Source: Clostridia bacterium
GTDB lineage: Bacteria > Bacillota > Clostridia > Acetivibrionales > JBAZRJ01
Reading direction: 5' to 3'
Length of the DNA: 61,566 nt
NCBI GenBank assembly: GCA_041662985.1
Contig: JBAZRJ010000005.1
Coordinates: forward strand, 1 to 61,566
How positions within the stretch are numbered: the first letter of the stretch is position 1; every line of letters starts with the position of its first letter. The notes below the pieces were generated by a model. The model was not told the origin of the DNA. It was given only the letters and a program-made list of their open reading frames with translations, and ran no database searches. Shown here piece after piece: positions 1 through 9,717 of this stretch. The position numbers were made by a program, and so were the translations under genes.

Positions 1-728
1 CCGTCAATATCAATTACTTGTGAAGTAACATAATCGGAATCCGATGATGACAAAAATCCTACAACATTTGCAACATCTTCAGGTGTCCCGAACCTTCCAA
101 GTGCTATATTGTTTAAATAGGCGTTCTTGACTTCCTCCGGTAAAACATCCGTCATATGGCTTTTAATAAGTCCCGGGGCAACTGCATTACAGGTAATCCC
201 TCTTGATGCAAGTTCTTTTGCTGTTGTTTTCGTAAGTCCAATAAGTCCTGCCTTTGATGCCGAATAATTCGCCTGTCCTGCATTACCGTACCTTCCGGCA
301 ACAGAAGCTATGTTTACTATTTTACCCGATCTCTGCTTCAGCATAACCTTTGCAATCGCCTTTGTGCATAAGAATGCGCCTTTAAGATTTATTTTTAAAA
401 CTAAATCCCAGTCTTCTTCTGACATCATCAGCATCGGTTTGTCCCGTGTTATTCCGGCATTGTTAATTAAGATGTCAATTTTTCCAAAAGCTTTAATAGC
501 ATCACCGACCATTTTTTTGACATCATCGGAATTGCTGACATCGCCCTTTGTTACTATTACATTGAATCCTAAGGCTTTAAATTCTTTTGCAGTTTCGTCG
601 ACAGAATCTGACGATACAATATCATTTAATACAATATTTGCACCCATTTGAGCTAATTTTAAAGAAATCGATTTGCCCAAACCTCTTCCTGATCCTGTAA
701 CAATAGCAGTTTTGCCTTTTAATTGCAC
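1..728 (-). CDS. fabG: 3-oxoacyl-[ACP] reductase FabG (last few codons cut by window edge)
   Basis: Absent from the ORF track because it is truncated. The reverse-strand reading from GTG at 728 (SD GGAGGTG, complement of 737-743) gives VQLKGKTAIVTGSGRGLGKSISLKLAQMGANIVLND... and ends ...VTSQVIDIDG at the edge. It has the SDR TGxxxGxG motif and lies directly downstream of fabD. Confidence 0.9.
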   Translation of the reverse strand, partial: MQLKGKTAIVTGSGRGLGKSISLKLAQMGANIVLNDIVSSDSVDETAKEFKALGFNVIVTKGDVSNSDDVKKMVGDAIKAFGKIDILINNAGITRDKPMLMMSEEDWDLVLKINLKGAFLCTKAIAKVMLKQRSGKIVNIASVAGRYGNAGQANYSASKAGLIGLTKTTAKELASRGITCNAVAPGLIKSHMTDVLPEEVKNAYLNNIALGRFGTPEDVANVVGFLSSSDSDYVTSQVIDID

Positions 729-789
729 TTGATTTACACCTCCCATTCAACTTACTGATTACATTTATTTAATATTTCAATTTTATTGC

Positions 790-1722
790 TCAAACAAAGT
801 GATTAAGCGTATTGTTCAACGATTCAATATCCGATACATTCAGCGTAATTGCGGTGTTGTCTATCTTTTTAATGAATCCCGATAAAACTTTTCCGGGTCC
901 GATTTCAATAAAAGTATCAATCCCATCCGATATCATATTTCTGATTGACTTTTCCCATAATACCGAACTGCTTACTTGTCTTACCAATAAATCTTTTACT
1001 AAATTTTCATCATTTATATATTCTGCCGTAACATTTGTAACAACAGGAATATTCAATTCGCCTAAATCTACGTCTTCAAGTTCTTTTTTTAATAATTCAC
1101 CTGCCGGTTTCAGCATACTGCAATGAAATGGAGCGCTTACAGGGAGCAGTATTGAGCGTTTTGCTCCTTTTTCCCTGCATAATTCCATTGCTTTTTCCAA
1201 TGCTTTTAGTTCGCCGGCAATTACTATTTGTCCCGGACAGTTTAAATTGGCAAGTTCAACGACTCCAATTTTTGAAGCCTCGTTACAGCTGTCAGTAACG
1301 GAACACAGATCCTGACCAATTATTGCCGCCATACCTCCAATGCCAATCGGTACTGCTTCCTGCATATATTTCCCTCTTTTTCTTACAAGCTTGACTGCAG
1401 CATAAAAACTCATCGTTCCCGACAGAACATGTGCGGAATATTCTCCAAGGCTCAGACCGGCAACTGCATCAGGCGTCAGACCGCTTTCAATCAAAGGCTG
1501 CAAACAGGCAATACTTGTTGTAAGTATCGTTGGCTGAGTGTTTTCTGTTATCATTAATTGCTCATCAGTACCCGAAAATATCATTTTTTTAACATCAAAA
1601 CCTAAAGCATCTGAAGCCTCGTCAAAAATACTGTCAGAAGTTTTAAACTGATTTGCTATTTCCTTGCCCATACCAACATACTGAGCACCTTGCCCCGCAA
1701 AAACAAACGCCAACTTGCCCAT
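790..1722 (-). CDS. fabD: malonyl-CoA:ACP transacylase
   Basis: 310 aa, FVFAGQGAQYVGMG N-terminus and GLSLGEYSA active-site serine motif; fab operon context. Confidence 0.95.
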   Translation of the reverse strand: MGKLAFVFAGQGAQYVGMGKEIANQFKTSDSIFDEASDALGFDVKKMIFSGTDEQLMITENTQPTILTTSIACLQPLIESGLTPDAVAGLSLGEYSAHVLSGTMSFYAAVKLVRKRGKYMQEAVPIGIGGMAAIIGQDLCSVTDSCNEASKIGVVELANLNCPGQIVIAGELKALEKAMELCREKGAKRSILLPVSAPFHCSMLKPAGELLKKELEDVDLGELNIPVVTNVTAEYINDENLVKDLLVRQVSSSVLWEKSIRNMISDGIDTFIEIGPGKVLSGFIKKIDNTAITLNVSDIESLNNTLNHFV

Positions 1723-1748
1723 AAACTACCTCCTAACGTCTTTACATC

Positions 1749-2753
1749 CTAACCATTCATACTCCACTTCACGATTGTCGCCGCCCAAGTTAATCCGCCG
1801 CCAAATCCAACCAAAACTATATTGTCTCCCTTTTTGATTTTACAGGCTTTTACGATTTCATCCAGAGCCACCGGAATGGATGCTGACGAAATATTACCGT
1901 ATCTTTGCACGCAAGTATATACTTTTTCCTTTGAGATTTGTAATCTCTTTATCGCACCTTCAATTATTCTTTTATTCGCCTGATGAGGAATGATCAATTT
2001 TATATCTTCAAGCTTCAGTTTAGCTTTTTCCATCACTCTCATTGTTGCTTCAGGCATTATCGTTACAGCAAATTTGAATACTTCTTTACCATTCATCCAC
2101 AGAACCCTTTTATTCTCGTGGGCTCTTTTTTGTAAATCATCTTCTGTTATTGCACAACAGGGAACCGTTATTAGTTTGCAGGATGATCCGTCAGCCCCAA
2201 TTTCGGAAGAAAGCATTCCATATCCGTCTTCTACAGGTCCCATCATAAACGCACCTGCCCCATCTCCAAACAGTACGCAGGTATTCCTGTCTTCCCAGTC
2301 TACAACCTTTGTGAGTCCTTCGCATGCGACAACCAAAATATACTTGTAATATCCATTTTTAATAAATTGTTCTGCCACAGTCATTCCATATACAATTCCG
2401 GAACATGCAGCATTTAAATCAAATGCCGCGGCTTTTACAGCTCCTATTGCCCCCTGAACCATACATGCAGTCGCGGGCGTCAGGTAATCAGGAGTGTCAG
2501 TTGTTACAATAATCAAATCTATTTCAGAAGCATCAATCCCACTGCTTCTTAATGCATTTTTCGCAGCTTTTATCGCCAGAGTTGATGCCGGTTCTTCTTT
2601 TTCCAAAATTCTTCTTTCAGAAATTCCGGTCCTTTTTAGAATCCACTCATCGGATGTATCCACCATTTTTTCTAAATCTTTATTTGTAAGCGTTTTTTCA
2701 GGTACACTGCTTCCAATTCCGATTATGCCTGCAGATTTAACTTTTTTGTTCAA
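1749..2753 (-). CDS. fabH: 3-oxoacyl-ACP synthase III
   Basis: KAS III hallmarks (AACSG active-site Cys, HQAN, GFGGGLTW). The start is moved to TTG at 2753, 9 nt after GGAGG. The longer ORF-track start would overlap plsX by about 50 nt. Confidence 0.9.
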   Translation of the reverse strand: MNKKVKSAGIIGIGSSVPEKTLTNKDLEKMVDTSDEWILKRTGISERRILEKEEPASTLAIKAAKNALRSSGIDASEIDLIIVTTDTPDYLTPATACMVQGAIGAVKAAAFDLNAACSGIVYGMTVAEQFIKNGYYKYILVVACEGLTKVVDWEDRNTCVLFGDGAGAFMMGPVEDGYGMLSSEIGADGSSCKLITVPCCAITEDDLQKRAHENKRVLWMNGKEVFKFAVTIMPEATMRVMEKAKLKLEDIKLIIPHQANKRIIEGAIKRLQISKEKVYTCVQRYGNISSASIPVALDEIVKACKIKKGDNIVLVGFGGGLTWAATIVKWSMNG

Positions 2754-3756
2754 TATTTTCACCCTCCATACTAAAAATTTGTTCTTCAATTTGTTCCAGA
2801 ACAGAAGATTTAGCGAAATTTGCAGCGTTTATTACCGCAAATTTAATTGTTTTAGCTTTAGAACTGCCATGACTCTTTATTACTTTTCCTTTGACTCCGA
2901 GTAGCGGAACACCGCCATACTCCTCATAATTAACCAGCTTCGCAAACTTTTTCAATTTTTTCTTAACAATTAATGCTGCAAACTTCGGTAAAATGCCGCC
3001 TCCAAAAATATCTTTAATCGAATCTACCAGAAACTTGCCCAAGCCTTCATAAAGTTTTAAAAGAGCATTTCCCACAAACCCATCACATACAAAAACATCA
3101 ACATCACCCTCAGTAATCTGCCTTGCTTCTACATTTCCAACAAAATTGATATTTGCCTTTTTCATAAGTGCATAGGAGTCGCGTACAAGTTCCGTCCCCT
3201 TATTTTCTTCAGTTCCATTGCTGATTATACCAACTTTCGGTTGATTTATACCAAAAAGTTCTTTCATGTATATTGAACCCATTACCCCAAACTGAAGAAA
3301 GTTAATCGGCCTGCAAACTGTGTTTGCTCCGCCATCTATCAAAAGCGCCATGCCTTTTTTTGACGGAGCTAACGGGGCCAACGCCGGCCTGTCAACATTT
3401 GCAATCCGGCCGAGAATAAACAGACCGCCTGCCATTAGTGCACCACTGTTGCCGGCAGAAAGAAAAACATCTCCTTTTTTTTCTTTAAGCATGTTAAAGC
3501 CGACAACCATTGAAGAATCCTTTTTATATCGGATTGCCTTCACAGGTGCATCATCAATTGAAATGACTTCTGTTGTATGTTTTATTGTTAGTCTGTCGCT
3601 CTTGAATTGTTCCCTCATTAGAATTTCATCTATTTTAGACCGGTCACCTATTAAAATGACACTGAAACCGTCCATTTCTTTAATCGCACCAATACATCCC
3701 TTTACTATTTCTTCCGGGGCGTTATCTCCACCCATAGCATCTAAAAGAACTCTCAA
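2737..3756 (-). CDS. plsX: phosphate:acyl-ACP acyltransferase
   Basis: 339 aa, MRVLLDAMGGDNAP N-terminus typical of PlsX; sits between fapR and fabH. Confidence 0.95.
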   Translation of the reverse strand: MRVLLDAMGGDNAPEEIVKGCIGAIKEMDGFSVILIGDRSKIDEILMREQFKSDRLTIKHTTEVISIDDAPVKAIRYKKDSSMVVGFNMLKEKKGDVFLSAGNSGALMAGGLFILGRIANVDRPALAPLAPSKKGMALLIDGGANTVCRPINFLQFGVMGSIYMKELFGINQPKVGIISNGTEENKGTELVRDSYALMKKANINFVGNVEARQITEGDVDVFVCDGFVGNALLKLYEGLGKFLVDSIKDIFGGGILPKFAALIVKKKLKKFAKLVNYEEYGGVPLLGVKGKVIKSHGSSKAKTIKFAVINAANFAKSSVLEQIEEQIFSMEGENIEQKS

Positions 3757-3791
3757 GTATTTTCACTCCCATAAACTTCAGTAATTTTATC

Positions 3792-4358
3792 TCACTCTTC
3801 TTCAAGTGACACGAGTATAAATTTGCCCTTAAAAACCTCTTTATTCTTATTCGAAATCCTTACCCAAACAATAAAATTATTTTCTCTTATCTTTCTTACT
3901 TCCGCTTTTGCAATCAACTTGCTTTCGGCGTAAACCGGTATCTTGTATTTAATATTTGCTACTCCCACCAATGCCACATGTGCATCAATAACAGCAATTG
4001 CAAGTGATTCGGCAAACGAATAAATAAATTGTCCGCGAATTATCTTTGTTCTTTCAAATGTCATACTTTCATCGGTTTCAAGCATTGAAATACCGCTGAC
4101 ATTCAGTGAAATATCTATAAGCTCACCGACAATTTCTTCACTGACCAATGACTTAACTTTTCTGTAATTCTCTTCTGCAACACTCTTTATTCTTTCCCTT
4201 ACTTCCGGTATCCCCAGCTCAAGTCTGTCTAATCTTATTGTCGGAACACTAACATGAAAAACGTCGGCCAGTTCCTCATCGGTTAGAAATGGATCAGTCT
4301 TAACCTTTTCGGAAAGCACACTATGACGTTCCCTCTTCATAAGGGAAGACCTGCTCAT
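3792..4358 (-). CDS. fapR: fatty-acid/phospholipid biosynthesis repressor FapR (DeoR-type HTH plus hot-dog thioesterase-like domain)
   Basis: Sequence ...[35 protein letters not shown]... and first position in the fapR-plsX-fabHDG operon. The start is placed at ATG 4358 ([10 protein letters not shown]...), preceded by GAGGTG. The ORF-track TTG at 4385 has no SD. Confidence 0.85.
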   Translation of the reverse strand: MSRSSLMKRERHSVLSEKVKTDPFLTDEELADVFHVSVPTIRLDRLELGIPEVRERIKSVAEENYRKVKSLVSEEIVGELIDISLNVSGISMLETDESMTFERTKIIRGQFIYSFAESLAIAVIDAHVALVGVANIKYKIPVYAESKLIAKAEVRKIRENNFIVWVRISNKNKEVFKGKFILVSLEEE

Positions 4359-4398
4359 TTCATACACCTCGCTATTGTTTAGCAACGAATAGTAATAA

Positions 4399-4415
4399 TT
4401 ATTACCTGCTACTAA
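4399..4415 (-). promoter_or_regulatory. candidate FapR operator overlapping the fapR promoter/+1 region
   Basis: TTATTACCTGCTACTAA is an imperfect AT-rich inverted repeat (TTAkTA-N5-TACTAA). It lies about 12 nt downstream of a minus-strand TTGCAT-17-TATAAT promoter (around 4422-4450). As I recall it, the B. subtilis FapR box is of the type TTAGTACC-N-ATACTAA. Confidence 0.45.
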
Positions 4416-4480
4416 TTACTGCTCTTAAAAATTATATTATATATTTTTAACATATGCAACATTTTAATATTTATTGTTGG

Positions 4481-4642
4481 TTACCCTTTTCTTCCGGCCT
4501 TATTTTGCAATAATAAAAACGACACAGCTATTACTGCATATATGATAAGGCTTTCTTTCAATGCATATTGAATCAGCAGTAAATTGACAATCAGCAGAAC
4601 GAAACCTATCAGTAAAACTATTGCGCCAATTCTTTTCAACAT
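4481..4642 (-). CDS. small two-TM membrane protein (53 aa from internal ATG)
   Basis: MLKRIGAIVLLIGFVLLIVNLLLIQYALKESLIIYAVIAVSFLLLQNKAGRKG. Its ATG overlaps the rarA stop as TAATG, which suggests translational coupling. No family recognised. Confidence 0.5.
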   Translation of the reverse strand: MLKRIGAIVLLIGFVLLIVNLLLIQYALKESLIIYAVIAVSFLLLQNKAGRKG

Positions 4643-5931
4643 TATTTCTCTCTCCGTTTCTTTATCCACTCATTTATTTTTTGTTCATATCCGTTGACCG
4701 AAGGCTTATAGTAAATTTTATCTTTGATTTTATCAGGCAAATATTGCTGTTCAACTATATTTCCCGGATAGTTATGTGCATATTTGTATCCTTTGCCGTA
4801 CCCTAAATCCGTCATCTCTTTGCTCTTGGAATTCCGCAGATGCATCGGGACTTCACCGGTGTTTATCGTAGACACATCTTCCAGCGCATTTTCAATTGCG
4901 ATATAACATGAATTTGACTTCGGGCTGGTTGCCACCATAATTGCGGCATGCGCCAACACTAATCTTGCCTCCGGCATGCCTATCATTCTCACAGCTTCAG
5001 ATGCCGCAACGGCTACTGATAAAGCATTCGGATTAGCCATTCCGACGTCTTCGGAAGCAGATATTATTATTCGTCTTGCCAGAAATTCGGGATCCTCGCC
5101 CGCATAAATTGCCCGTGCAAGATAAAAAACTGTGGCATCCGGATCGCTGCCCCTCATGGATTTTATAAACGCGCTGACATTGTCGTAGTGGCTTTCACCC
5201 GATTTATCAAATGTTATTGATTTTTTTTGTACGCATTCTTCAATTAGATGAACATCTATTTTTATCTTGCCGTTTTTTTTAATATCGGATGTCATCACTG
5301 CCAGTTCAAGAGCATTCAGAGCTATTCTTGCATCACCGTTGCTAACCGATGCAATATACGAAAGAGCATCGTCGTCAATTTTAATGTCATAGTTACCAAG
5401 ACCACGTTCTTTATCTGCCAGTGCGCTCTTTACAATACTTATAATGTCAATATCCGACAGAGGTTTTAGCATAAAAACAGATGATCTTGAAATAAGCGAT
5501 TTATTGACCTCAAAGAATGGATTTTCTGTTGTGGCGCCAATCAAAATAATTGTGCCTTCCTCAACTGAAGGCAATAAGGCATCTTGCTGCGATTTGTTAA
5601 ATCTGTGGATTTCGTCAACAAAAAGAACTGTTCTGTTGTTTTTATTTAGAATCGGATTTTTTGTATCAGCCACGATTCTTTTGATATCTGCAACTCCGGC
5701 CGTGACTGCATTTAATTTCTCGAAATTTGATGTTGTTGTATTTGCAATGATTCTTGCCAAAGACGTTTTTCCCGTACCCGGGGGGCCATATAAAATAATA
5801 GAAGATATCCTGTCGGCATTAATCATCCTGTTAAGCAATTTGCCGTTGCCAACGATATCTTCTTGTCCTGCAAATTCTTCAATTGTCCGCGGGCACATTC
5901 TGTATGCCAGCGGTTCTTTTTTCTCAGTCAT
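4642..5931 (-). CDS. rarA: replication-associated recombination protein A (AAA+ ATPase MgsA/RarA)
   Basis: 429 aa, Walker A GPPGTGKTSLA, FVDEIHRFNK, C-terminal MgsA domain. Confidence 0.93.
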   Translation of the reverse strand: MTEKKEPLAYRMCPRTIEEFAGQEDIVGNGKLLNRMINADRISSIILYGPPGTGKTSLARIIANTTTSNFEKLNAVTAGVADIKRIVADTKNPILNKNNRTVLFVDEIHRFNKSQQDALLPSVEEGTIILIGATTENPFFEVNKSLISRSSVFMLKPLSDIDIISIVKSALADKERGLGNYDIKIDDDALSYIASVSNGDARIALNALELAVMTSDIKKNGKIKIDVHLIEECVQKKSITFDKSGESHYDNVSAFIKSMRGSDPDATVFYLARAIYAGEDPEFLARRIIISASEDVGMANPNALSVAVAASEAVRMIGMPEARLVLAHAAIMVATSPKSNSCYIAIENALEDVSTINTGEVPMHLRNSKSKEMTDLGYGKGYKYAHNYPGNIVEQQYLPDKIKDKIYYKPSVNGYEQKINEWIKKRREK

Positions 5932-5944
5932 ATTTTTACCATTT

Positions 5945-7183
5945 TCATTCGTATAATGGATATTTTTTCACAAGTTCGCTGACTCTTTTTATTATCGCTT
6001 TCCTTGAGTTCTCGAGATCGGTCAACGTTAATGTAATCAGATTTGCGATTTCCCTCATGTCGTCTTCTTTCATTCCTCTTGCAGTAACTGCGGGAGTGCC
6101 GATTCTTATCCCGGATGTAATTGTAGGTTTTTCTTTATCAAAAGGAATCCCGTTTTTATTCACAGTAATCCCAACTTCATCAAGCAACAATTGCGCACTT
6201 TTACCGGTGATTCCCTTATTGCTCAAATCAATCAGCAAAAGGTGATTGTCAGTGCCGCCTGATACAAGATTAAATCCGTTTTCAATAAATTTTTCAGCCA
6301 TTGCTTTTGCATTTAATACAATTTGTCTTTGATATTCTTTAAATTCTTCAGTTAAAACTTCCTTGAAGCTTACTGCTTTTGATGCAATAACATGCATCAA
6401 AGGTCCGCCCTGAATACCCGGAAATACTGCGCTGTCGATCCTTTTTGCAAGATCTTCCGTACAAAGAATCATTCCGCCTCTCGGTCCTCTTAGGGTCTTA
6501 TGGGTGGTTGTAGTCACAACATGGGCATATGGTACCGGGCTTGGGTGAACTCCTGCAGCAACGAGTCCTGCGATATGAGCTATATCAACCATTAAATATG
6601 CTCCGACCTCATCTGCAATCTCTCTGAAAGCTTTAAAATCGAGCGTTCTCGGATATGCACTTGCTCCGGCAATGATTAATTTTGGTTTGCTCTCTATTGC
6701 AATTCTTCTTACTTCCTCCATATCAATTCTGAAGTCTTTTTCACTTACTCCATATGATATTACATTAAAATACATTCCCGAAAAATTCTTTTTCATGCCA
6801 TGACTTAAATGACCGCCATGCGACAAGCTCATTCCCAAAACAGTATCGCCATATTCCAACAGACCGAGGAAGACAGCCATATTTGCCTGAGCTCCCGAAT
6901 GCGGCTGGACATTAACATGTTCTGCTCCGAAAATCTTTTTTGCTCTTTCTATTGCAAGGTTTTCGATTGTGTCAACATGCTCGCAGCCACCGTAATATCG
7001 TCTTTCCGGGTAACCTTCCGCATATTTGTTTGTCAATGGAGTGCCCATCGCTTCAAGCACTGCCTCACTCGCAAAATTTTCAGAGGCAATCAGTTCAATG
7101 TTATTTCTCTGCCTCTCGATTTCCTTTTTAATTGCTTTCGCAACCTCAGGATCCGCCTTTTCAACTTTATCTAAATTAATCAT
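5945..7183 (-). CDS. glyA: serine hydroxymethyltransferase
   Basis: SHMT motifs ([14 protein letters not shown]). Start set to ATG 7183 ([14 protein letters not shown]), which is preceded by GAGGAGG. Confidence 0.96.
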   Translation of the reverse strand: MINLDKVEKADPEVAKAIKKEIERQRNNIELIASENFASEAVLEAMGTPLTNKYAEGYPERRYYGGCEHVDTIENLAIERAKKIFGAEHVNVQPHSGAQANMAVFLGLLEYGDTVLGMSLSHGGHLSHGMKKNFSGMYFNVISYGVSEKDFRIDMEEVRRIAIESKPKLIIAGASAYPRTLDFKAFREIADEVGAYLMVDIAHIAGLVAAGVHPSPVPYAHVVTTTTHKTLRGPRGGMILCTEDLAKRIDSAVFPGIQGGPLMHVIASKAVSFKEVLTEEFKEYQRQIVLNAKAMAEKFIENGFNLVSGGTDNHLLLIDLSNKGITGKSAQLLLDEVGITVNKNGIPFDKEKPTITSGIRIGTPAVTARGMKEDDMREIANLITLTLTDLENSRKAIIKRVSELVKKYPLYE

Positions 7184-7231
7184 ATTTTTCCTCCTCAATC
7201 ATTGTCAATAATTATATCAAAAACTACAATA

Positions 7232-8419
7232 TTAATGCAATGCTTCCCGCTTAATTGTTAGTTTTTCTGCGCTTTCAACAGCAATGTCAATTTTTCCCGA
7301 TAAATCCGCCAATGCTTCGCATTCGATTATCGCACTCAACAGAGGTTTTGTTTTTGGATGTTTGGATACGAAAACCGTACAACAGTCCTCATATGGCAAA
7401 ATTGAAGTTTCAAATGTTTTGATTTTCTTTGCTATATCGACAATCTCATTTTTATCCATACCTATCAGCGGTCTGAATACGGGCATGTTGACTGCATCGT
7501 CGGTTGCAACGAGACTTTGAATCGTCTGACTTGCGACCTGTCCCATACTTTCGCCTGTTATCAATGCCTGTACTCCGTTTGAATTTGCTATTCTTTCGGC
7601 AATTTGCATCATTGCGCGTCTCATTATAACAGTCATTTGGTCATGCGGGCATTTATCGTTTATTTCCAGTTGAATCTCGGTAAAAGGAACGATATAAAGG
7701 TCAATTTCACCACAATAAGAAGCCAGAATTTTAGTTAAATCAATTACTTTTTGTTTTGCTCTTTCACTTGTATAAGGATAACTGTAAAAATGAACCGCAG
7801 AAATTTCAACCCCACGCTTTGCCATCATCCACCCCGCCACAGGACTGTCAATCCCTCCCGAAATCAACAAAACTGCTTTACCGTTTGTTCCCTGAGGCAT
7901 TCCGCCAAATGCCTGAATTTTCTCCGAATAAATATAAGTATTCTCTCTTATTTCTACGTATAATATAAAATCAGGTTTAATAACATCCACTGTCAGATTG
8001 GGAAAGTTATCCAGAATTACTCCCCCAAGTTCTGCCGAAACCTCTGGAGATTTCATGGGGAAACTCTTTTGTCCTCGTTTTGTTTCAACCTTAAAACTCT
8101 TGTATTCTCGTGATTTTAGGATTTTCTGCACCATCTCGATACTGCATTTTTTAATTGTTTCAAAATCAGTTTCCATTTTCTTTACATGACTTACCGAAAC
8201 AATTCCAAAAACCCTTCTCAGTCTTTCAATGGCTGAAATATAGTCATAATTTTCATCATCAGGTTCAACAAAAATCCTTGCCTGTGATTTAACAACATTT
8301 ATTTTTCCAAGACCCAATAATGACTTCTTAATATTTTTGATCAATATATCTTCAAACAATGGTCTGTTCAGACCTTTTAAGACTATTTCACCGTATCTGA
8401 CAAGTATAACGTTCTTCAT
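7232..8419 (-). CDS. thiI: tRNA 4-thiouridine(8) synthase ThiI
   Basis: 395 aa with THUMP plus PP-loop (LISGGIDSPVA). Confidence 0.93.
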   Translation of the reverse strand: MKNVILVRYGEIVLKGLNRPLFEDILIKNIKKSLLGLGKINVVKSQARIFVEPDDENYDYISAIERLRRVFGIVSVSHVKKMETDFETIKKCSIEMVQKILKSREYKSFKVETKRGQKSFPMKSPEVSAELGGVILDNFPNLTVDVIKPDFILYVEIRENTYIYSEKIQAFGGMPQGTNGKAVLLISGGIDSPVAGWMMAKRGVEISAVHFYSYPYTSERAKQKVIDLTKILASYCGEIDLYIVPFTEIQLEINDKCPHDQMTVIMRRAMMQIAERIANSNGVQALITGESMGQVASQTIQSLVATDDAVNMPVFRPLIGMDKNEIVDIAKKIKTFETSILPYEDCCTVFVSKHPKTKPLLSAIIECEALADLSGKIDIAVESAEKLTIKREALH

Positions 8420-9585
8420 CTTACGTCTCCTCTGTAGTTTTTCATTTTTATCTGAGGTATTATTTCTTTTAATGCTTCAATAGTTTTAATTATATCTGAT
8501 TCAGTATTTCCCGACGAAAAGCTGAATCTGATTGCTCCTTCAGTTTGTTCCTTTCGAAGCCCTATTGCTTTTAAAACATGGCTTTGAAGACTTTTTCTTG
8601 AGGAACACGCAGAACCCGTTGATACATAAATATTCTTTTTATTGAGATGGTTCAGCAAAACTTCAGCCTTAACGCCTAAGAATGAAACATTTAAAATATA
8701 CGGAGATCCATTTTCATTTGAATTTATTTTTATATCATCAAAGTTTTTCTTCAAGTTTTCGACAAACATTTTTTTCATTTTTGACATAGAATTATAATTT
8801 TCGTCAATTCCTGAGTTTATAATTTCGGATGCCATCCCAAAACCTGCTATTCCGGGGACATTTTCACTCCCCGGTCTGATGTTTCTTTCCTGCCCCCCGC
8901 CAAAAACCAAAGGTTTGATTTTTATTTTTTCATCTATGAAAATCGCTCCGCAACCTTTCGGTCCATGAATTTTATGCGAGCTGACAGATAACATCTGGAT
9001 TCCAAGTCTTTTAGGACTGATACGGATTTTGCCGTAGGCTTGTACCGCATCCAGATGTATACACAGTTTTTTATTAATTGAATCTCTTAATTTTGTTATT
9101 TCCCCTATCGACTGGATTGTCCCGATTTCATTGTTAATATATATAATGCTTAATAAAACGGTGTCGCTTCTAATCATCTTCTTCAATGTTTCAAGTTTTA
9201 TAACTCCATTTTCATCTACATCAAGGTATTCTACATCATAGCCGCTTTTTTTTAAGTCTTCAAATACATTCAAAACGGATGGGTGCTCTATTTTTGATGT
9301 TAAAATATGCTTTCCTTGTCTTTTATTTGCGGAAAGATACCCGCGTATTGCGAGATTATTTGATTCGGTTCCTCCTGATGTGAAATAAATTTCGTTCGTA
9401 CTGCATTTTAATGTTTTTGCAATTGTTTTTCTTGCTTCTTTTATTATATTTTCTGCTTCAATGCCCATACTATGCATCGAAGACGGATTTCCGAAACTGT
9501 CGTTCATCGTCTTACATATATAATCCGAAACCTCTTTGAATGGTTTTGTGTCAGAACAGTTGTCAAGATAGATTGTTTTCTTCAT
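8416..9585 (-). CDS. class V aminotransferase / cysteine desulfurase (NifS/NifZ-like, ThiI partner)
   Basis: 389 aa, SSHKIHGPKG PLP-lysine motif and C-terminal GSACSS active-site Cys. ATGA overlap with thiI. Confidence 0.88.
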   Translation of the reverse strand: MKKTIYLDNCSDTKPFKEVSDYICKTMNDSFGNPSSMHSMGIEAENIIKEARKTIAKTLKCSTNEIYFTSGGTESNNLAIRGYLSANKRQGKHILTSKIEHPSVLNVFEDLKKSGYDVEYLDVDENGVIKLETLKKMIRSDTVLLSIIYINNEIGTIQSIGEITKLRDSINKKLCIHLDAVQAYGKIRISPKRLGIQMLSVSSHKIHGPKGCGAIFIDEKIKIKPLVFGGGQERNIRPGSENVPGIAGFGMASEIINSGIDENYNSMSKMKKMFVENLKKNFDDIKINSNENGSPYILNVSFLGVKAEVLLNHLNKKNIYVSTGSACSSRKSLQSHVLKAIGLRKEQTEGAIRFSFSSGNTESDIIKTIEALKEIIPQIKMKNYRGDVR

Positions 9586-9717
9586 TTTTTGTGCTTCCTT
9601 TCCGCGAAACTCGCACGATTATTTTAACATAAATAATAATATTTAACCATGAAACTTAGCGGATTTCGTGATAAACTGTTATCGAGAATTATCTACAATC
9701 GAAAGTGAGTACGCCAA

